DNA of 64,000 nucleotides from Octopus vulgaris (GCA_951406725.2 OX597831.1:12896001-12960000), one strand, 5' to 3'; numbered from the stretch's first letter, positions 12,456-26,396 are shown. Translations and numbers: made by a program. Notes: generated by a model from the sequence alone, not told the origin.

Positions 12456-13169
12456 TTAACCTTTTCATTACCAAACTGGCTGAAACCAGCTCTGGCTCTG
12501 AGTACAAATGTCTTGTTTTCATAAGTTTTGAATTAAGATCTTCCACCAAACCTTAGTCACAATTTATGTTCCTAACACTAACTGAATGATAACTATGTTA
12601 TTTTACTAAATTCTTTGTTATATTTAAAATTAATTGAAAGAAACACAGAGCATCGCAACAGAAATATGGTAAATGGGTTAACAAATGATTAATTTAACCC
12701 TTTCATTACCAACCTGGCTGAAACTGGCTCTGAGTGCAAATGTCTTGTTTTCATAAGTTTTGAATTAAAATCTTCTACCAAACCTTAGTCACAATTTATG
12801 TTCCTAATACTAGGTGAATGATAACTAAGTTATTTTACTAAATTCTTTGTTATATTTAAAATCAATTGAAATAAACACAGAGCATCTCAATAGAAATATG
12901 GTAATGAAAGGGTTAAAATATACAATAGAGAAACAATTCTTAACCCTTTCGATACCAACCTGGTTGAAACCACCTCTGGCTCTGTAGTACAAATGTCTTG
13001 TTTTCATAAGTTTTGAATTAAAATCTCCCACCAAACCTTGGTCACAATTTATGTTCCTAACACTAGCTGAACGATAACTAAGTTATTTTACTAAATTCTT
13101 TGTTATATTTAAAATTAATTGAAAAAAACAGAGAGCATCTCAAATTAAATACAGTAATGAAAGGATTAA
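12456..13169. mobile_element. Three tandem copies of an ~225-bp piggyBac-type MITE (12456-12681, 12694-12916, 12940-13169)
   Basis: Best copy reads TTAA|CCCTTTCATTACCA...TGGTAATGAAAGGG|TTAA; TTAA target and CCC/GGG ends are diagnostic of the piggyBac superfamily. Confidence 0.9.
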
Positions 13170-13481
13170 GATGGTAGGATGTGGTTTGAAGTAGATTTGG
13201 TTGCTATTTTTAAAGCCTGAAGAAATGATACTTAATATGACAATGGTTCTGCCAGCTCACTGCCCTTTATGGATTAAAATCTTGGGATGAGGTCAACAAA
13301 TTTAGAGGAAGTGCATTAGTTAATTACATCAACCCAGAAAGGATGAAAGGCAAAGTCAACCTCAATGGAATTTGAACTCAGAACACAAACAAGCAGAAGA
13401 AATGTCACTTAAGCATTTCACGTGATGTGCTAACGATTCTGCCAACTCACCGCCTGAATGTTAACAATAATAATAATAATG

Positions 13482-13682
13482 AGAAGAAGAAGAAGAAGAA
13501 GAAGAAGAAGAAGAAGAAGAAGAAGAAGAAGAAGAAGAAGAAGAAGAAGAAGAAGAAGAAGAAGAAGAAGAAGGAAAAGAAGAAGAAGAAGAAGAAGAAG
13601 GAAAAGAAGAAGAAGAAGAAGAAGAAGAAGAAGAAGAAGAAGAAGAAGAAGAAGAAGAAGAAGAAGAAGAAGAAGAAGAAGA
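13482..13682. repeat. (AAG)n microsatellite
   Basis: About 200 bp near-perfect AAG run. Confidence 0.95.
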
Positions 13683-14354
13683 ATCTTTTCTACTCTAGGC
13701 ACAAGGTCCGAAATTTTGGGGGAGGAGGCCAGTCAATTAGATCAACCCCAGTACACAACTGGTACTTAATTTATCGAACCCGAGAGAATGAAAGGCAAAG
13801 TCAACCTTGCCATAAAAACAAGCGAAATAGCCCTAAGCATTTCACCCAGTGTCCTAACGTTTCTGCCAGCTCATTATCATTATTATTATTGATATTATTA
13901 TCAATATTATTATTATTATTATTAATATAATTACTACTCCCATTACTAATACCATTACTATAATTAACACCATGTTCCCAATAGCCTTCTTATGCGACCT
14001 TCAAAAATCTCAGCAAATGCACATCTGCATTCGCAAGGTGTGTGCAGTATTGTGTTTTGGGAGTGTAGGATTGTATGTCATATCCGTTTTGTTTTGTTGT
14101 GCTGTTTGTTTTTGTTGTTTTTCCGGTTACTTTAATGGGTTTTGTTTTGTTTTTTTCTCTGTTGTTCACAATATTTATTTCATGAGTCATGTTATTTTGC
14201 TCTATATAACAAGTTGTGTTTCCTATGTACGTGTTCTGCTACACGTTATATGCGTTGTATCATCAGGTGGTGATTGTATAAATAGGAGGTGCATTGTGTG
14301 TGTCATCCTGTGTATTGTGTATGAATTTCATCTTGTGTGCGCACATGCTGTCTT

Positions 14355-14726
14355 GTGAGATTGTGTGAGCGTGAGTTCGATTCTCAGATCAGGCAGTGTG
14401 TTGTGTTTTAGAGCAAAACACTTCACCTTGTACTGCCCTGTGATTACTTCAACACCTGACTTGTGGTACGCCGTGCACCTTTACAAGCAATGTCAATTTG
14501 AGGGGAGCAGAGAGCTAATATACAGTACAATCACTGTAAACTATAAACCCTGTGCTTGTGCCACAAAAAAAGCACTGAGTCCACTCTGCTGAGTGGTTGG
14601 TATTAGGAAGGGCGTCCAGCTGTAAAAATCCGGCCAGAACAGTCATAGAAGCCTGGTGCAAGCTTCAGCCTGGCCAGCTCTCCAGTGAAACAGTCCCAGC
14701 CGTGGAAAGCGGACATTAAACGATGA
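14355..14726 (+). mobile_element. Degenerate SINE with tRNA B-box, CORE-like segment and RTE-type tail
   Basis: GAGTTCGATTCTC...GTGTTTTAGAGCAAAACACTT...GGAAGGGCGTCCAGCTGTAAAA...GGACATTAAACGATGAT. Confidence 0.55.
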
Positions 14727-14745
14727 TATCACCTGAGTAGTTATA

Positions 14746-15150
14746 CTTTTATTCTTTCACTTGTTTCAATCATTTGACTGTGGCCATGCTGGAGCACTGC
14801 CTTTAGACGAGCAAATCGACCCCAGGACTTATTCTTTGTAAGCCCAGTATTCATTCTATCGGTCTCTTTTGCGAACTGCCAAATTACGGGGATGTAAACA
14901 CACCAACATCAGTTATCAAGTGATGTTGGGGGGGGGGGAAACACACCCACACGCACATATGTATATATATATACATATATATATATATGACGGGCTTCTT
15001 TCAGTTTCCATCTACCAAATCCACTCACAAGGCTTTGGTTGGTCCGAGGCTATAGTAGAAGACACTTGCAGAAAGTGCTAAGCAGTGGGACTGAACCTGG
15101 AAACATGTGGTTGGTAAGCAAGGTATTTACCACACAGCCATGCTGCGCCT
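14746..15150 (-). mobile_element. SINE family A
   Basis: Reverse complement of the family consensus. Confidence 0.9.
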
Positions 15151-15199
15151 TCAGCAAAAAATGACCAAACTCTCACCTCTTGTCTATGGCAGCAGAGTC

Positions 15200-15528
15200 C
15201 ATGATTATACAATTAAGGTGATGATTATGCAAAAACACATTTTTTCCCGCTAAGAGTTGCTGAAGCATGGAACAAACTGTCAGCATCAGTTGTTAGTTGT
15301 CGGAGCACTGCATCCTTCAAAACTTCCATGCTTCCTGAGATTCACCAACACTACACCTGATTTTCTCCCCTCCATACACATGCCAGCATGTATCTGACTC
15401 ATACACTGTTCGCTTTCCAGACATTTCTACATTACTGCATATACTTTATACGCACTTTTGACAAGTTGTGGTGCACCTGAGCACTGTATACAATAATTTC
15501 ATTATTATTATTATTATTATTATTATTA
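15200..15528 (+). mobile_element. CR1/L2-type LINE 3' end with (ATT)n tail
   Basis: Translates KTHFFPLRVAEAWNKLSASVVSCRSTASFKTSM (F..RV...WN.LP..VV motif), followed by 3' UTR and ATT repeats. Confidence 0.8.
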
Positions 15529-15639
15529 AAATGTATTGTGTGAGTTGTATTGCCTGTGTTTGTTTTGTTTTTTCTTTTAGTGGAGGTGGTGAATACATTG
15601 ATTATGTGCTGTGTGAGTTACCATATTCTATGGCTTAAA

Positions 15640-16282
15640 ACTGGTTCTCAGCCATTTTGTTTTGCATATGGACAGCTTTAATTCATGTTTTACTCAACTG
15701 GACCCTCACAGCCATCTCATGTTTAAAATAATCTTATTATATTTTTATAGCAACAGCACTGGTGCTGGTGTCACATAAAAAGCACCAATGCTGGTGTCAT
15801 GCTAAAAGGCACTGGTGCTGGTACCACATAAAAGGCACTGGTGCCATGTAAAATGCGCCAGTGCTGGTGACTTGTAAAAAACATTTGTGCCAGATAAAAA
15901 GCATTGGTGCTGGTGCCATGTATAGAGCACCATTGCTGGTGCCCCATAAAAAGTACTGGTGCTGGTGTCACATAAAAAGTACCCAGTACACTCTGTAAAG
16001 TGAATCAGAAAGGGCATCTAGCCATAGAAACCCTGCCAAAACAGACTACGGATCCTGGTGCAGACCCAGTCCATACTTGCTCCTGTCAAACAGTCTAACC
16101 CATGCCAGCATGAAAAACAGACGTTAGGTGATGATGAATGAAATATTGAGAAATAAAAAAAAAAAACTGTTAAAATAATTTGCGTATTTTAAGAGTTATA
16201 ACCAATTAATTGCATGTAAATTGTAACAACAAAATCTGATATTAGACCCTTAAGGGTCATATGACCCCATTCAAGAACCAGA
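15640..16282. mobile_element. hAT MITE carrying an inserted RTE-tail fragment (15755-16135)
   Basis: Short TIR CTGGTTCT/AGAACCAG with 8-bp TSD GGCTTAAA/GGCATAAA; the insert contains about 27-bp repeats AGCACTGGTGCTGGTGTCACATAAAA. Confidence 0.65.
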
Positions 16283-16427
16283 GGCATAAAGGATGCATGA
16301 ACATGTTAGCTGCACCCAAATTTCAGCAGTATACATTCAGGAAAAAAGTTTTTAGTGCATTAAAACTTATGTGAGACATTTTCACATATAGAAACCCAGA
16401 GTTGTATTTTTGGACAAAAAGTGCATC

Positions 16428-16655
16428 TTAACCCTTTTGATACCAACCCACCTGAAACTGGCTCTGCCTCTGAGAACAAATGCCTTGTTTTCATAAGTTC
16501 TGAATTAAAATATTCCACCAGACCTTAGTCACAATTTATGTTCCTAACACTAGCTGAACGATAACTAAGTTATTTTACTAAATTCTTTGTTATATTTAAA
16601 GTAATTGAAAGAAACCCAGAGCATCTCAACAGAAATACAGTAATGAAAGGGTTAA
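16428..16655. mobile_element. piggyBac-type MITE (single copy)
   Basis: TTAA|CCCTTT...AAAGGG|TTAA, same family as 12456-13169. Confidence 0.9.
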
Positions 16656-16895
16656 ATGACATCAAATATGGAAAGTTATTTCATTGGGTGACGATTAGAT
16701 GGAATATTATTCGTTTAGTTTTCTGACGAGGTGATGGTGTTGATTATACAATATATAAGTTGTATAAATTATGGTGGAGGTGCATGGCTTACTGGTTAGG
16801 GTGTCGCACTCACAATCATAAGATTGTGGTTTCAATCCTTGGATGAAAATGAACAATCCTGTGATGGACAAGCAATCTGTCTTGGGAGGAATGTA

Positions 16896-17269
16896 TTCTT
16901 TTACTTGTGTCAGTCATTTGACTGTGGCCATGCTGGAGCATCACCATTAGTCAAACAAATGGATCTCAGGAATTATTCTTTGTAAGCATAGTACTTATTC
17001 TCTCGATCTCTTTTGCCAAACCACTAAGTCACAGGGACGTAAACACACCAACATTGGTTGTCAAGCAATGGTGGGGGGACAAACACAGACACACAAATGC
17101 ATATATATATATACGATGGGCTTCTTTCAGTTTCCATCTACCAAATCCACTCAAAAGGCTCTGGTCGGCCTGAGGCTATAGTAGGAGACAGTTGTCCCAC
17201 ATGCCATGCAGTGGGACTGAGCCTGGAACCATGTGGTTGGGAAAGAAGCTTCTTACCACACAGCCACTC

Positions 17270-17270
<1 letters not shown>
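16896..17270 (-). mobile_element. SINE family A
   Basis: Reverse complement of the family consensus. Confidence 0.9.
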
Positions 17271-17347
<77 letters not shown>

Positions 17348-17371
17348 CACACATAGGGAAAGTTTATATAT

Positions 17372-18130
17372 ATAAAGGAATACCAAAAATGGGACAAGAA
17401 CACAAAATGTCCAGACAGTTAGATGATACAAAAAAGGGACAACAAAACATCCAGACAGACGATACAAGAAACAACAAGGATGGGTCATTCAGAGTTTTCT
17501 TCAGTTGAGTTCCAGATTATCTTTGCAATTTCGGCTGGTCATACTCAAGATTGTTTCAATCTGGCCAACCCCAAGGAAAAACTAATCTAAGAGCATTTGA
17601 TTCCTTGGAAGAAAGCAGCGAATGTATATGAAAACAAGGATGAAAAAACAGAGAAATGGTACACAAACACAAATGCAAATAAAAGACATTAACAACAGGT
17701 GTCTTTCGACTAAGGATGAATTAAATTAACCTGGTGTGTGTGCAGAGAAACTGTCCATACACTCCTTATGGACGAATGTTAACTAAGCTCAAGTTGTATT
17801 ATTGGGGTGGTGATTGTGAAGAACGTGGGTATCGGCATTTTGGGTGGCAACTGTGTTGAATACACTCTGATAATTATGTTATTTTATTGGGTAGTAATTC
17901 AGCAGACGGCATGTAATGTGAGCTGTGATATAATTTCCAGTAATGATTGTGTGAAATATAAGTTATGCTTCTGTGAGATGATTTCATAGAATATACGTTG
18001 CATAAGTTATATTATTATTGACTATTGATTATGTAGAATATGTGTCGCTTAACCCATCCACTGCGGAAATCAAATATATCCAAACAAAATTTTATTGCCC
18101 TTAACTGCGGAAAGCAGTTTTCAATACCAA
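17372..18130 (-). mobile_element. Probable Penelope-like element 3' region and terminal repeat
   Basis: 17372-17750 is homologous to 35635-36320 and 48550-48790; the upstream minus strand gives degenerate NITYAT..MKS..QKHN, resembling the PLE ISYSCMPNMKSIISSHN linker. Confidence 0.5.
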
Positions 18131-18162
18131 TTTTTTTTTTGTTAAGGAATATCATATTTTTT

Positions 18163-18562
18163 TTTCTTTTACTTGTTTTAGTCATTTGACTGTGGCCATG
18201 CTGGAGCCCCACCTTTTAGTCAAGCAAATCAACCCCATAACTTATTCTTTGTAAGCCTAGTACTTATTCTATCGGTTTCTTTTTGCCGAACCGCTAAGTT
18301 ACGGGGACATAAACACACCAGCATCAGTTGTCAAGCAATGTTAGGGGGGACAAACACAGACACACAAACACACACACACACATACATATACATATATACA
18401 ACGGGCTTCTTTCAGTTTCCGTCTACCAAATCCACTCACAAGGCTTTGGTCAGTCTGAGGCTATAGTAGAAGACACTTGCTGAAGGTGCCATGCAGTGGG
18501 ACTGAACCAGGAACCATGTGGTTGGGAAGCAAGCTACTTACCACACAGCCACTCCTGCACCT
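18163..18562 (-). mobile_element. SINE family A
   Basis: Reverse complement of the family consensus. Confidence 0.9.
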
Positions 18563-19319
18563 ATATATTTTTGATATTATTTTTTGTTGAGATAAATCAA
18601 ATTTATTAAGGAGACGTCATTTGCAAGAAATATCAATTTTACTTTTTGTTAGATATTTAAAAACATTATCAGAAACCCTAAGAAATTTAATTTCGCATTT
18701 ATAGGGTTTAAACAAATTTCTGTACCAAGCAAGGATTTTGTGAGTCCATGTTGTTTGTACCATATCATAAGCACCACATAGCAACTGTGTTACTATCATT
18801 AGCACAAACCAAATTCCACCTTTATGAATTTCAAGAATACTCATTTGGGAGAAAATCAAAGTGTTTGGCATTGAATGAACATCTTGCAAGATTTATATTT
18901 GGCCCTTTAAGGGTCTTACTTCAAATGTTGCTGCTGTTTGATGCAATAGAGCAAAATAAGCATCAAAACAAATAATTCCAATCTCCTCCTCTTCAAAACA
19001 GGGTTTGATCCTCTTCTTGTGCCAATGTAAAAATTATTACAATTGCCTTTTGGCAAATATAGAATTATTATCATTATTATTGTAATTAGGGTGGCAAAAT
19101 TGACAGAATTGTTAGCACATTGCACAAAATGCTTGGTGTTTGTTCAGGCTTTTAGTGCTTGCATTCAAATTCTGTCATGGTCAACTCTGCCTGTCATCAT
19201 TCCAGGTTTGATAAAATAAGGACTGGTCAGGCACTTGGGGTCAATGCAATCGACTAGCCCTGCCTCTCCCAAAATTTCAGGCCTTGTCCCTATAACAGAA
19301 AAGATTTTTACTATTATAA

Positions 19320-19548
19320 AAAACACCATCCGAGCGTGGCCGTCTGCCAGCCTCGTCTGGCACCTGTGTCGGTGGCACATAAAATCACCCACTACACTCT
19401 CGGAGTGGTTGGCGTTAGGAAGGGCATCCAGCTGTAGAAACACTGCCAGATCTGACTGGCCTGGTGCAGCCTTCGGGCTTCCCAGACCCCAGTTGAACCG
19501 TCCAACCCATGCTAGCATGGAAAGCGGACGTTAAACGATGATGATGAT
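19320..19548 (+). mobile_element. RTE-tail repeat (young copy) with (GAT)n tail
   Basis: GAGTGGTTGGCGTTAGGAAGGGCATCCAGCTGTAGAAAC...GCGGACGTTAAACGATGATGATG. Confidence 0.8.
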
Positions 19549-19556
19549 TATTATTT

Positions 19557-20064
19557 TTAACCCTTTCATTACCAACGCAACTGAAACTGACTCTGGCTCT
19601 GAGAACAAATGTCTTGTTTGCATAAGTTTTGAATTAAAATCTTCCACCAAACCTTAGTTTCTTAACACTAGTTGAATGATAACTAAGTTATTTAACTAAA
19701 TTCTTTGTTATATTTAAAGTAACTGAAAGAAACACAGAGCATCTCAACAGAAATATGGTAATGAGAGGGTTAAAAAATATAATAGAGAATGTCCAACCCA
19801 TGCTAGCATGGAAAACGGACGTTAAACGACAATGATGATGATGATGAATTCTTAACCCTTTTGATAACAACCTGGCTGAAACCGCTTCTGACTCTGTTTT
19901 CATAAGTTTTGAATTAAAATCTTCCACCAGACCTTAGTCACAATTTATGTTCCTAATACTGGCTTAATGATGACTAAGTTATTTTACTAAATTCTTTATT
20001 ATATTTAAAGTAACTGAAAGAAACACAGATCATCTCAACAGAAATACAGTAACAAAAGGGTTAA
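19557..20064. mobile_element. piggyBac-type MITE dimer (19557-19773 and 19852-20064) with a short retroposon tail in the spacer
   Basis: Two TTAA|CCCT...AGGG|TTAA units; 19791-19846 is the RTE-type 3' tail. Confidence 0.9.
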
Positions 20065-20260
20065 GCTAGCAGAATTGTTAGCATGCCAGACAAAATGCCT
20101 AGTGGTATTTCATCCATCTTCACATTCAGAGATTAAATTCTGCATTTCATCCTTCCGGTGGCAACAAGTACCAGTTGTATATAGGAGTTGTTGTAAAATT
20201 GCTGGCCTTGTGCAAAAATTTGAAAACCAATCTTATTATCATTATTATTGTTGTTGTTAC

Positions 20261-20321
<61 letters not shown>

Positions 20322-20322
20322 T

Positions 20323-20545
20323 AAGGCGTTGAGCTGGCAGAACCATTAGCATGCTGGACGAAATGCTTAGCAGTATTTCACCTGTCGCTACGTTCAGAGT
20401 TCAAATTTCACTGGGGTCAACTTTGCCTTTCACCCTTTCGGGGGGGGGGGGGGCGATTAAGTAAGTACCAGTTATGCACTGGGTCGATGAAGTCGACTTA
20501 GTCCCTTCCCCCTAATTTGAGGCCTTGTGCTTCCAGTAGAAAGAA
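20323..20545 (+). mobile_element. SINE family B (full length) between (ATT)n tracts
   Basis: Head AAGGCG..GAGCTGGCAGAA...GAGTTCAAATT; tail GGCCTTGTGC...AGTAGAAAG. Confidence 0.85.
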
Positions 20546-21222
20546 ATATTATTATTATTATTATTATTATCATTATTATTATTATCATTATCGTTATTAT
20601 TATATAGCTATCAGATCGTCTTAATGAAAATGTGTGAATGGGTGGAATGAAAGAAGGATTATAAAGCTGGTATTTATAAAAGAGTAGGGGGTACTGTCAT
20701 TTAGATAAAATGAAAACACACTAAATTATAATTATATGATGTCAACATAATGAAACCGAGAATAGAGTGGAGAGCCTGGCAGCAAGAATTTTCTGAAGGT
20801 TAACCAAGCCTTTGGCATTTTCATGGCAGAAACTTAAGAATTTTTACTTTCTTTTCTTTCTTTTTAAAGAACACATTTTGATAATTAGCAATTGCAATTT
20901 TGATAAGGAATTGATTATGTTTTTTAAATTTTTGATGGATTTTAATAATATTTTGGATTTCATTAATAGCATTTTTGATACTAAGTAATAACATTTTTGA
21001 TAGTTATAAAAGATATTTTTGTTAATTAGCAACATAAAATAAAATTAATATGTGAAATGAAAGAGTTGTTAATTATTTTTAAATTATCAAAATATATTTC
21101 ATTTCAAATTATAATAAACGTATTTTTTATTTTATTTATCAATTGTAAAAATAATTTTTCCGTGGAAATATATTGAAAGTAAACATATGGTTATACATAA
21201 ACATGGCTACATGTAACATGAT

Positions 21223-21272
<50 letters not shown>

Positions 21273-21454
21273 ATGTATGTATGTCATACAAATGAAATCC
21301 AAGATGAATGCGACTTAGAAGTTTTGCCGTCATAAATGTGTGTGTATCTGTTTGTAAGCTTATATGCGTTTACACTCATCTGTATGTGGATGGAACATAT
21401 GAGCGTGTGTATGTGTATGTGTGTGATTTCACATTTTATAACAGTCTAAAATGA

Positions 21455-21788
21455 ATATACACACATACACATATACACACATATGCATGTATACACACAC
21501 ACACAGAGACATGTATACACATGCACATAGACATGTATACACATGCACAAAGACATGTGTGTATGTGTATGTATATATATACATATACATACATATATAC
21601 ATATACATATATACATATATATATATGCATATGTATATATGCATATATATATATATATACATATATATATATGCATATATATATATATACATATATATAT
21701 GCATATATATATATATATACACATATATATATGCACATATATATATGCACATATATATATACATATATATATATACATATATACACAC

Positions 21789-21850
<62 letters not shown>

Positions 21851-21890
21851 CTATATATATATATATTTACACACACACATACATATATAC
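21455..21890. repeat. Compound (TA)n/(CA)n microsatellite
   Basis: Direct reading; similar fields at 25928-26460, 37197-37836 and 51095-51580. Confidence 0.95.
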
Positions 21891-22380
21891 ATACGGGGGA
21901 GAGGGATATTCTATCACAATATCTTGCCATTTTGCCCCTTAAAATGCTGGCTAGCAACTTCAGTGGAAGAGAAACAACACAATGTGGAGCAAGTGACAGG
22001 CATTTCAATTCCAAATTCTTGTGAACACCATATTGAGAGTATACGAGTACATTAGAAAAGGCAAATACCATTGCACCGATGGTATGCAGCAGCCAAAGCA
22101 TAAATATATGCATATATGCACGTCAGTGCATGCATGTGTCGCTGTTGTATAACCCCAGGCCATCTCTCGTCCAGTAGACATACGTGTAAAGGGCCTTACT
22201 ATTATAACCAACCTCATTGTTTTATATATGTGGGGTTATATTGTTTAATATATCAACCCCCTGTGGTTTTGTATGTTTGTTTGTTTTTAGATACATAAAG
22301 GTGTGATTTCTAGGAAGATTAAATTTACCTGCTATTTCTAACAAGTCTAGCGACCTTACAGAGGCATTGTGAGTGAATTA

Positions 22381-22428
<48 letters not shown>

Positions 22429-23007
22429 ATTACATTCTTTCATCCCATTTCTGTATCCTTTTCATTTCCCATGTAGTATGGGAGTTCAAAGGACAGTTGT
22501 TCCAAAATTACACCTGCATGTATGTTTATGTGTGTAAATGTGTGTTTATACATGCATATGTATCATATATGTATATATAAACGTGTGAATATATATATAT
22601 ATATATATATGAAAATGTGTGTGGTCAGGTGGAAATACGTGTGCATCATATATGTATACACACACATACACACACACACACACAGCTGCAATTGAATAAG
22701 ACCAGCCTAGTCGTGGAACCATTATGCGTTATCTCAGCCTGCTAGAAATAGCTACCAAATCTCTCCAAAATCAATGACCACCACCACTGTTATGGTCTTA
22801 ATTATATAATGCAGTTCTAGAAACATTGTAGATGGCAACTGAAATAAATAATGATAAAAACAAACGTGAGGGTCATGGCTAGAACCTTTTTTTTTATAGG
22901 TCTCTTCGTTCAGGGCTGATTTAGGGGTTAGATACACAACGGCAATAACCATTAATAACGGTTTCACATCTAAATAATAATAATAATAATAATAATAATA
23001 GTAATAA

Positions 23008-23225
23008 AGGTTTCAAATTTGGGCATAAGGCCAGCTATTTCGGGGGAGGGGATAAGTTGATTACATCGACCCCCCCCCCAGTGTTCAATTGGTATTTATT
23101 TTATCGCTCACCGAAGGGATGAAAGGCAACGTCGACCTCGGCGATATTTGAACTCAGAACGTAAAGAACCGGAATACCGCTTAGCATTTTGTTCGACGCG
23201 CTAACGATTCAGCCAATTGGTCGCC
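23008..23225 (-). mobile_element. SINE family B
   Basis: Family core with CpGs retained; another copy at 24360-24560. Confidence 0.85.
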
Positions 23226-24121
23226 ATAATAATAAGTTCTTCATTAGTTTTTTTTTTTTTTTGAGTAAAAATAATCAAATGCTATTTATTGTGCATCTGT
23301 GAAATGCATCTGAGGAATGCAATACGCATTCCTTTATCGCGACTGAGAATTCCTGCGAAATTAAAGTTTTATGATGAGTTAACACACACACACACACACA
23401 CACACATACATACACACACACACCGCGCGCACATGTACACACACACAATTCTGTATGTTTTGTGTGTGACTGCGGATGGATACGTGAGTTGTTTAACCCT
23501 GGGTCAACCTAGATCATAACCAAAAAGGCGTTCCAACAGCCTTAATAAATCCAATTAGCTTTTCATTTCATCCTTTAACTCATTATTAATTTTAAAGACG
23601 GTAAGGTATGAAGTGAAAGGTATTTGACTGCTATTTCTAAGCAGGTCAAGTGACCGTGTTAAAGAGACTCCTTCGCAGACTCGTTTAAGTCTGTATGTAG
23701 GTAAGTATATGCGTGGGTGTGTATATATGTGCACGTGTATACGCGTGGGTACTTGTGTGGGTATGTGTATACAACATGCGCTGACAAATGCGTATAGACA
23801 GAGTAGTTTTAAATATACACAACAAAATATAGACATTATTCTACGGTTGTTTTCTTAAACATATTGTGTTGTTTAACCTGTAAACCCTTTAGTAAATTAA
23901 TTATGTCAGTATTACGTATTTATGTCTACCTTGGACGACACAAGTATAATGTCTTCTTTACACTCTTTAAGTGAAGTCGAGTATAATTTGAGGGCCGATT
24001 TCGGCGCACTTTCTAACTGATTAGCAAGGTAATTTGCGCTTAATTTTGTGTGTGATTAACAATGAGTTTAATTTCAAAACTTTCATGTTAAACAAAAGCC
24101 CGATTTCAACAAATATAAAAG

Positions 24122-24182
<61 letters not shown>

Positions 24183-25140
24183 CACGTAACCATAAATTCG
24201 ACTTCCTATACCATATTACCATGGGAGATATAACATAGAAGTTCGTGGGAATCGATTTGTTTCTTATTTGCTATCGATTTCCTAGAAGTTTCTTTTAATT
24301 CTGAACAAAAATATATTTAAAAAAATGATAAAATAATAATGATAATTATTATAATTATTCTTTCTACGATAGGCACCAGGCCAGCAATTTTGAGGGAAAG
24401 GGTATTAATTGATTACATCAACATGAGTGTTCGGCTGGGACGTAATTTATTGACATCAAAAGGGCGAAAGGCAGAGTCGACCTCGGCGGAATTCGAACTC
24501 GGAGCGTAACGCCGGAAGAAACGAAGGACCGCCGAAATGCCTTTGTGCTAACGATTCTACCATCTCAACACATCAAAAATGATGCTAAAATAAATCCTGC
24601 TTCCACCCCTTTTAGAGTGTAAACATAAATGTTACCGTTGTATAAGTTTACATGGGAGTATTTTGTTTAGGAAGTGCAAAGATAGGTTTTTGTTTATGCT
24701 GAGAGAAAATTTCATTGATTCGACGTCATCGTTTTGTCATCACGCTTCTTACAAAGCATATTGTAACATACTTTGGGTGTGTGTGTGTGTGAGAGAGAGA
24801 CAGAGAACGTGTGTGTGTGTGAGAGAGACAGAGACAGAGAGTGTGTGTGTGAGAGAGAGAAAGAGAGACAGTGTGTGTGTGTGTGTTAGAGAGAGGGAGA
24901 GACTATTTTTGGCTTGTTTCAGTCACTGGACGCCGGTCATGCTGGGGGCATCCCTTCGAAAGGGTTTAGTCGAGCAAATATCGACCCCAGTAATTATTTT
25001 AAGTCCTGTACTATCGGTTTTCTTTCTGAAGAAACCGCGCGGAAGTTATGGGGATGTAAACAAACCATCACCGGTTTGTTAAGCGATGAGAAGACAAATA
25101 CACACTTATATACATGACGGACTTCTCTTTCTCTCTCTCT

Positions 25141-25185
<45 letters not shown>

Positions 25186-26072
25186 CACAGAGAGGAGAGA
25201 GGTTTAGTGTGTATAAATGCATGTATGTATAGGCACATTGTTTTAACGTAAACTTTATCAAGCATCTGTTTCCATATCTGAAGTCTCTATTACCGATCAA
25301 TAGAGAATAAAACTGTAGTCTGTCTGTCTATCTATCTATCTATCTGTCTGTTTGCCTTTCTATCTGTCTACCTATCTGTCTATCTACCTATCTGTCTACC
25401 TATCTGCCTATCTACCTACCTATCTATCTGTTTGCCTATCTACCTATCTACCTGCACAGACGTGGTATTGTTAAATTAACATACCATTCATTTATGAACT
25501 TAAATATTCACACACACACACACATGCACACACACACCACACACACACCACACATACACACACACACACAAATCTATTCGATTCGGATTTGAAGGTAAAA
25601 AAGTTCCTGTGACGTTATTAATAAGATTCCTTGCCTGAAGGGATTCTATGAAGCAAGAAAATTGAGTAATTGAAGAAATGACTCATCGTCTTCCAGCCAA
25701 CACAACAAACTCCATCATATGTTTCGAGTACCTTTTACTACCTTTCAGTTTTTCCATCATAATCTATCCACCCCACCTTTTCCCATCTCCCGTCTTTTCA
25801 GCTAAGATGACATACATACATACACACACACGTGTGTGTGTGTGTAGTTATTTAGAAGAACGTTGATCTTTTAACAGGGTTTGTGAGTTTGTCTTGATAT
25901 TTAAAAACGTTAAGACCTCAATAGAGTTTGTGTGTGTGTATATATATATATGTATATATATGTGTGTATATATATATATGTATATATATGTGTGTGTATA
26001 TATATATGTATATATATGTGTGTATATATATGTATATATATATATGTATGTATATATATACGTATATATATG

Positions 26073-26105
<33 letters not shown>

Positions 26106-26128
26106 GTATATATATATATGTATGTGTG

Positions 26129-26163
<35 letters not shown>

Positions 26164-26230
26164 GTATATATGTGTATATATATGTATATATATATGTGTA
26201 TATATATATATATATGTATATATATGTATG

Positions 26231-26269
<39 letters not shown>

Positions 26270-26396
26270 ATATATATATATATATGTGTGTGTGTGTATA
26301 TATATATGTATGCATATATATATATATATATGTATATATATCTGGCGTATACAGGTGCTTACACTTATCAATTATTCACCCTAAATTTGCAGTACC

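Noticed and set aside
12456-13169. CRISPR-like repeat/spacer appearance of tandem units (also 15755-15985 and 49758-50260)
   Set aside because: Eukaryotic context; the units are MITEs, minisatellites or SINEs without unique spacers or cas genes.
18600-19030. Protein-like unique segment (also 56030-56200, 59330-59650 and 63000-63120)
   Set aside because: Stops interrupt the frames or no confident motif is present; possibly decayed transposon coding sequence, but not assignable by eye.
25630-25656. CTTGC-CTGAAGG...GAA-GCAAG hammerhead-like motif
   Set aside because: Core boxes are altered and there is no stem III or cleavage site.
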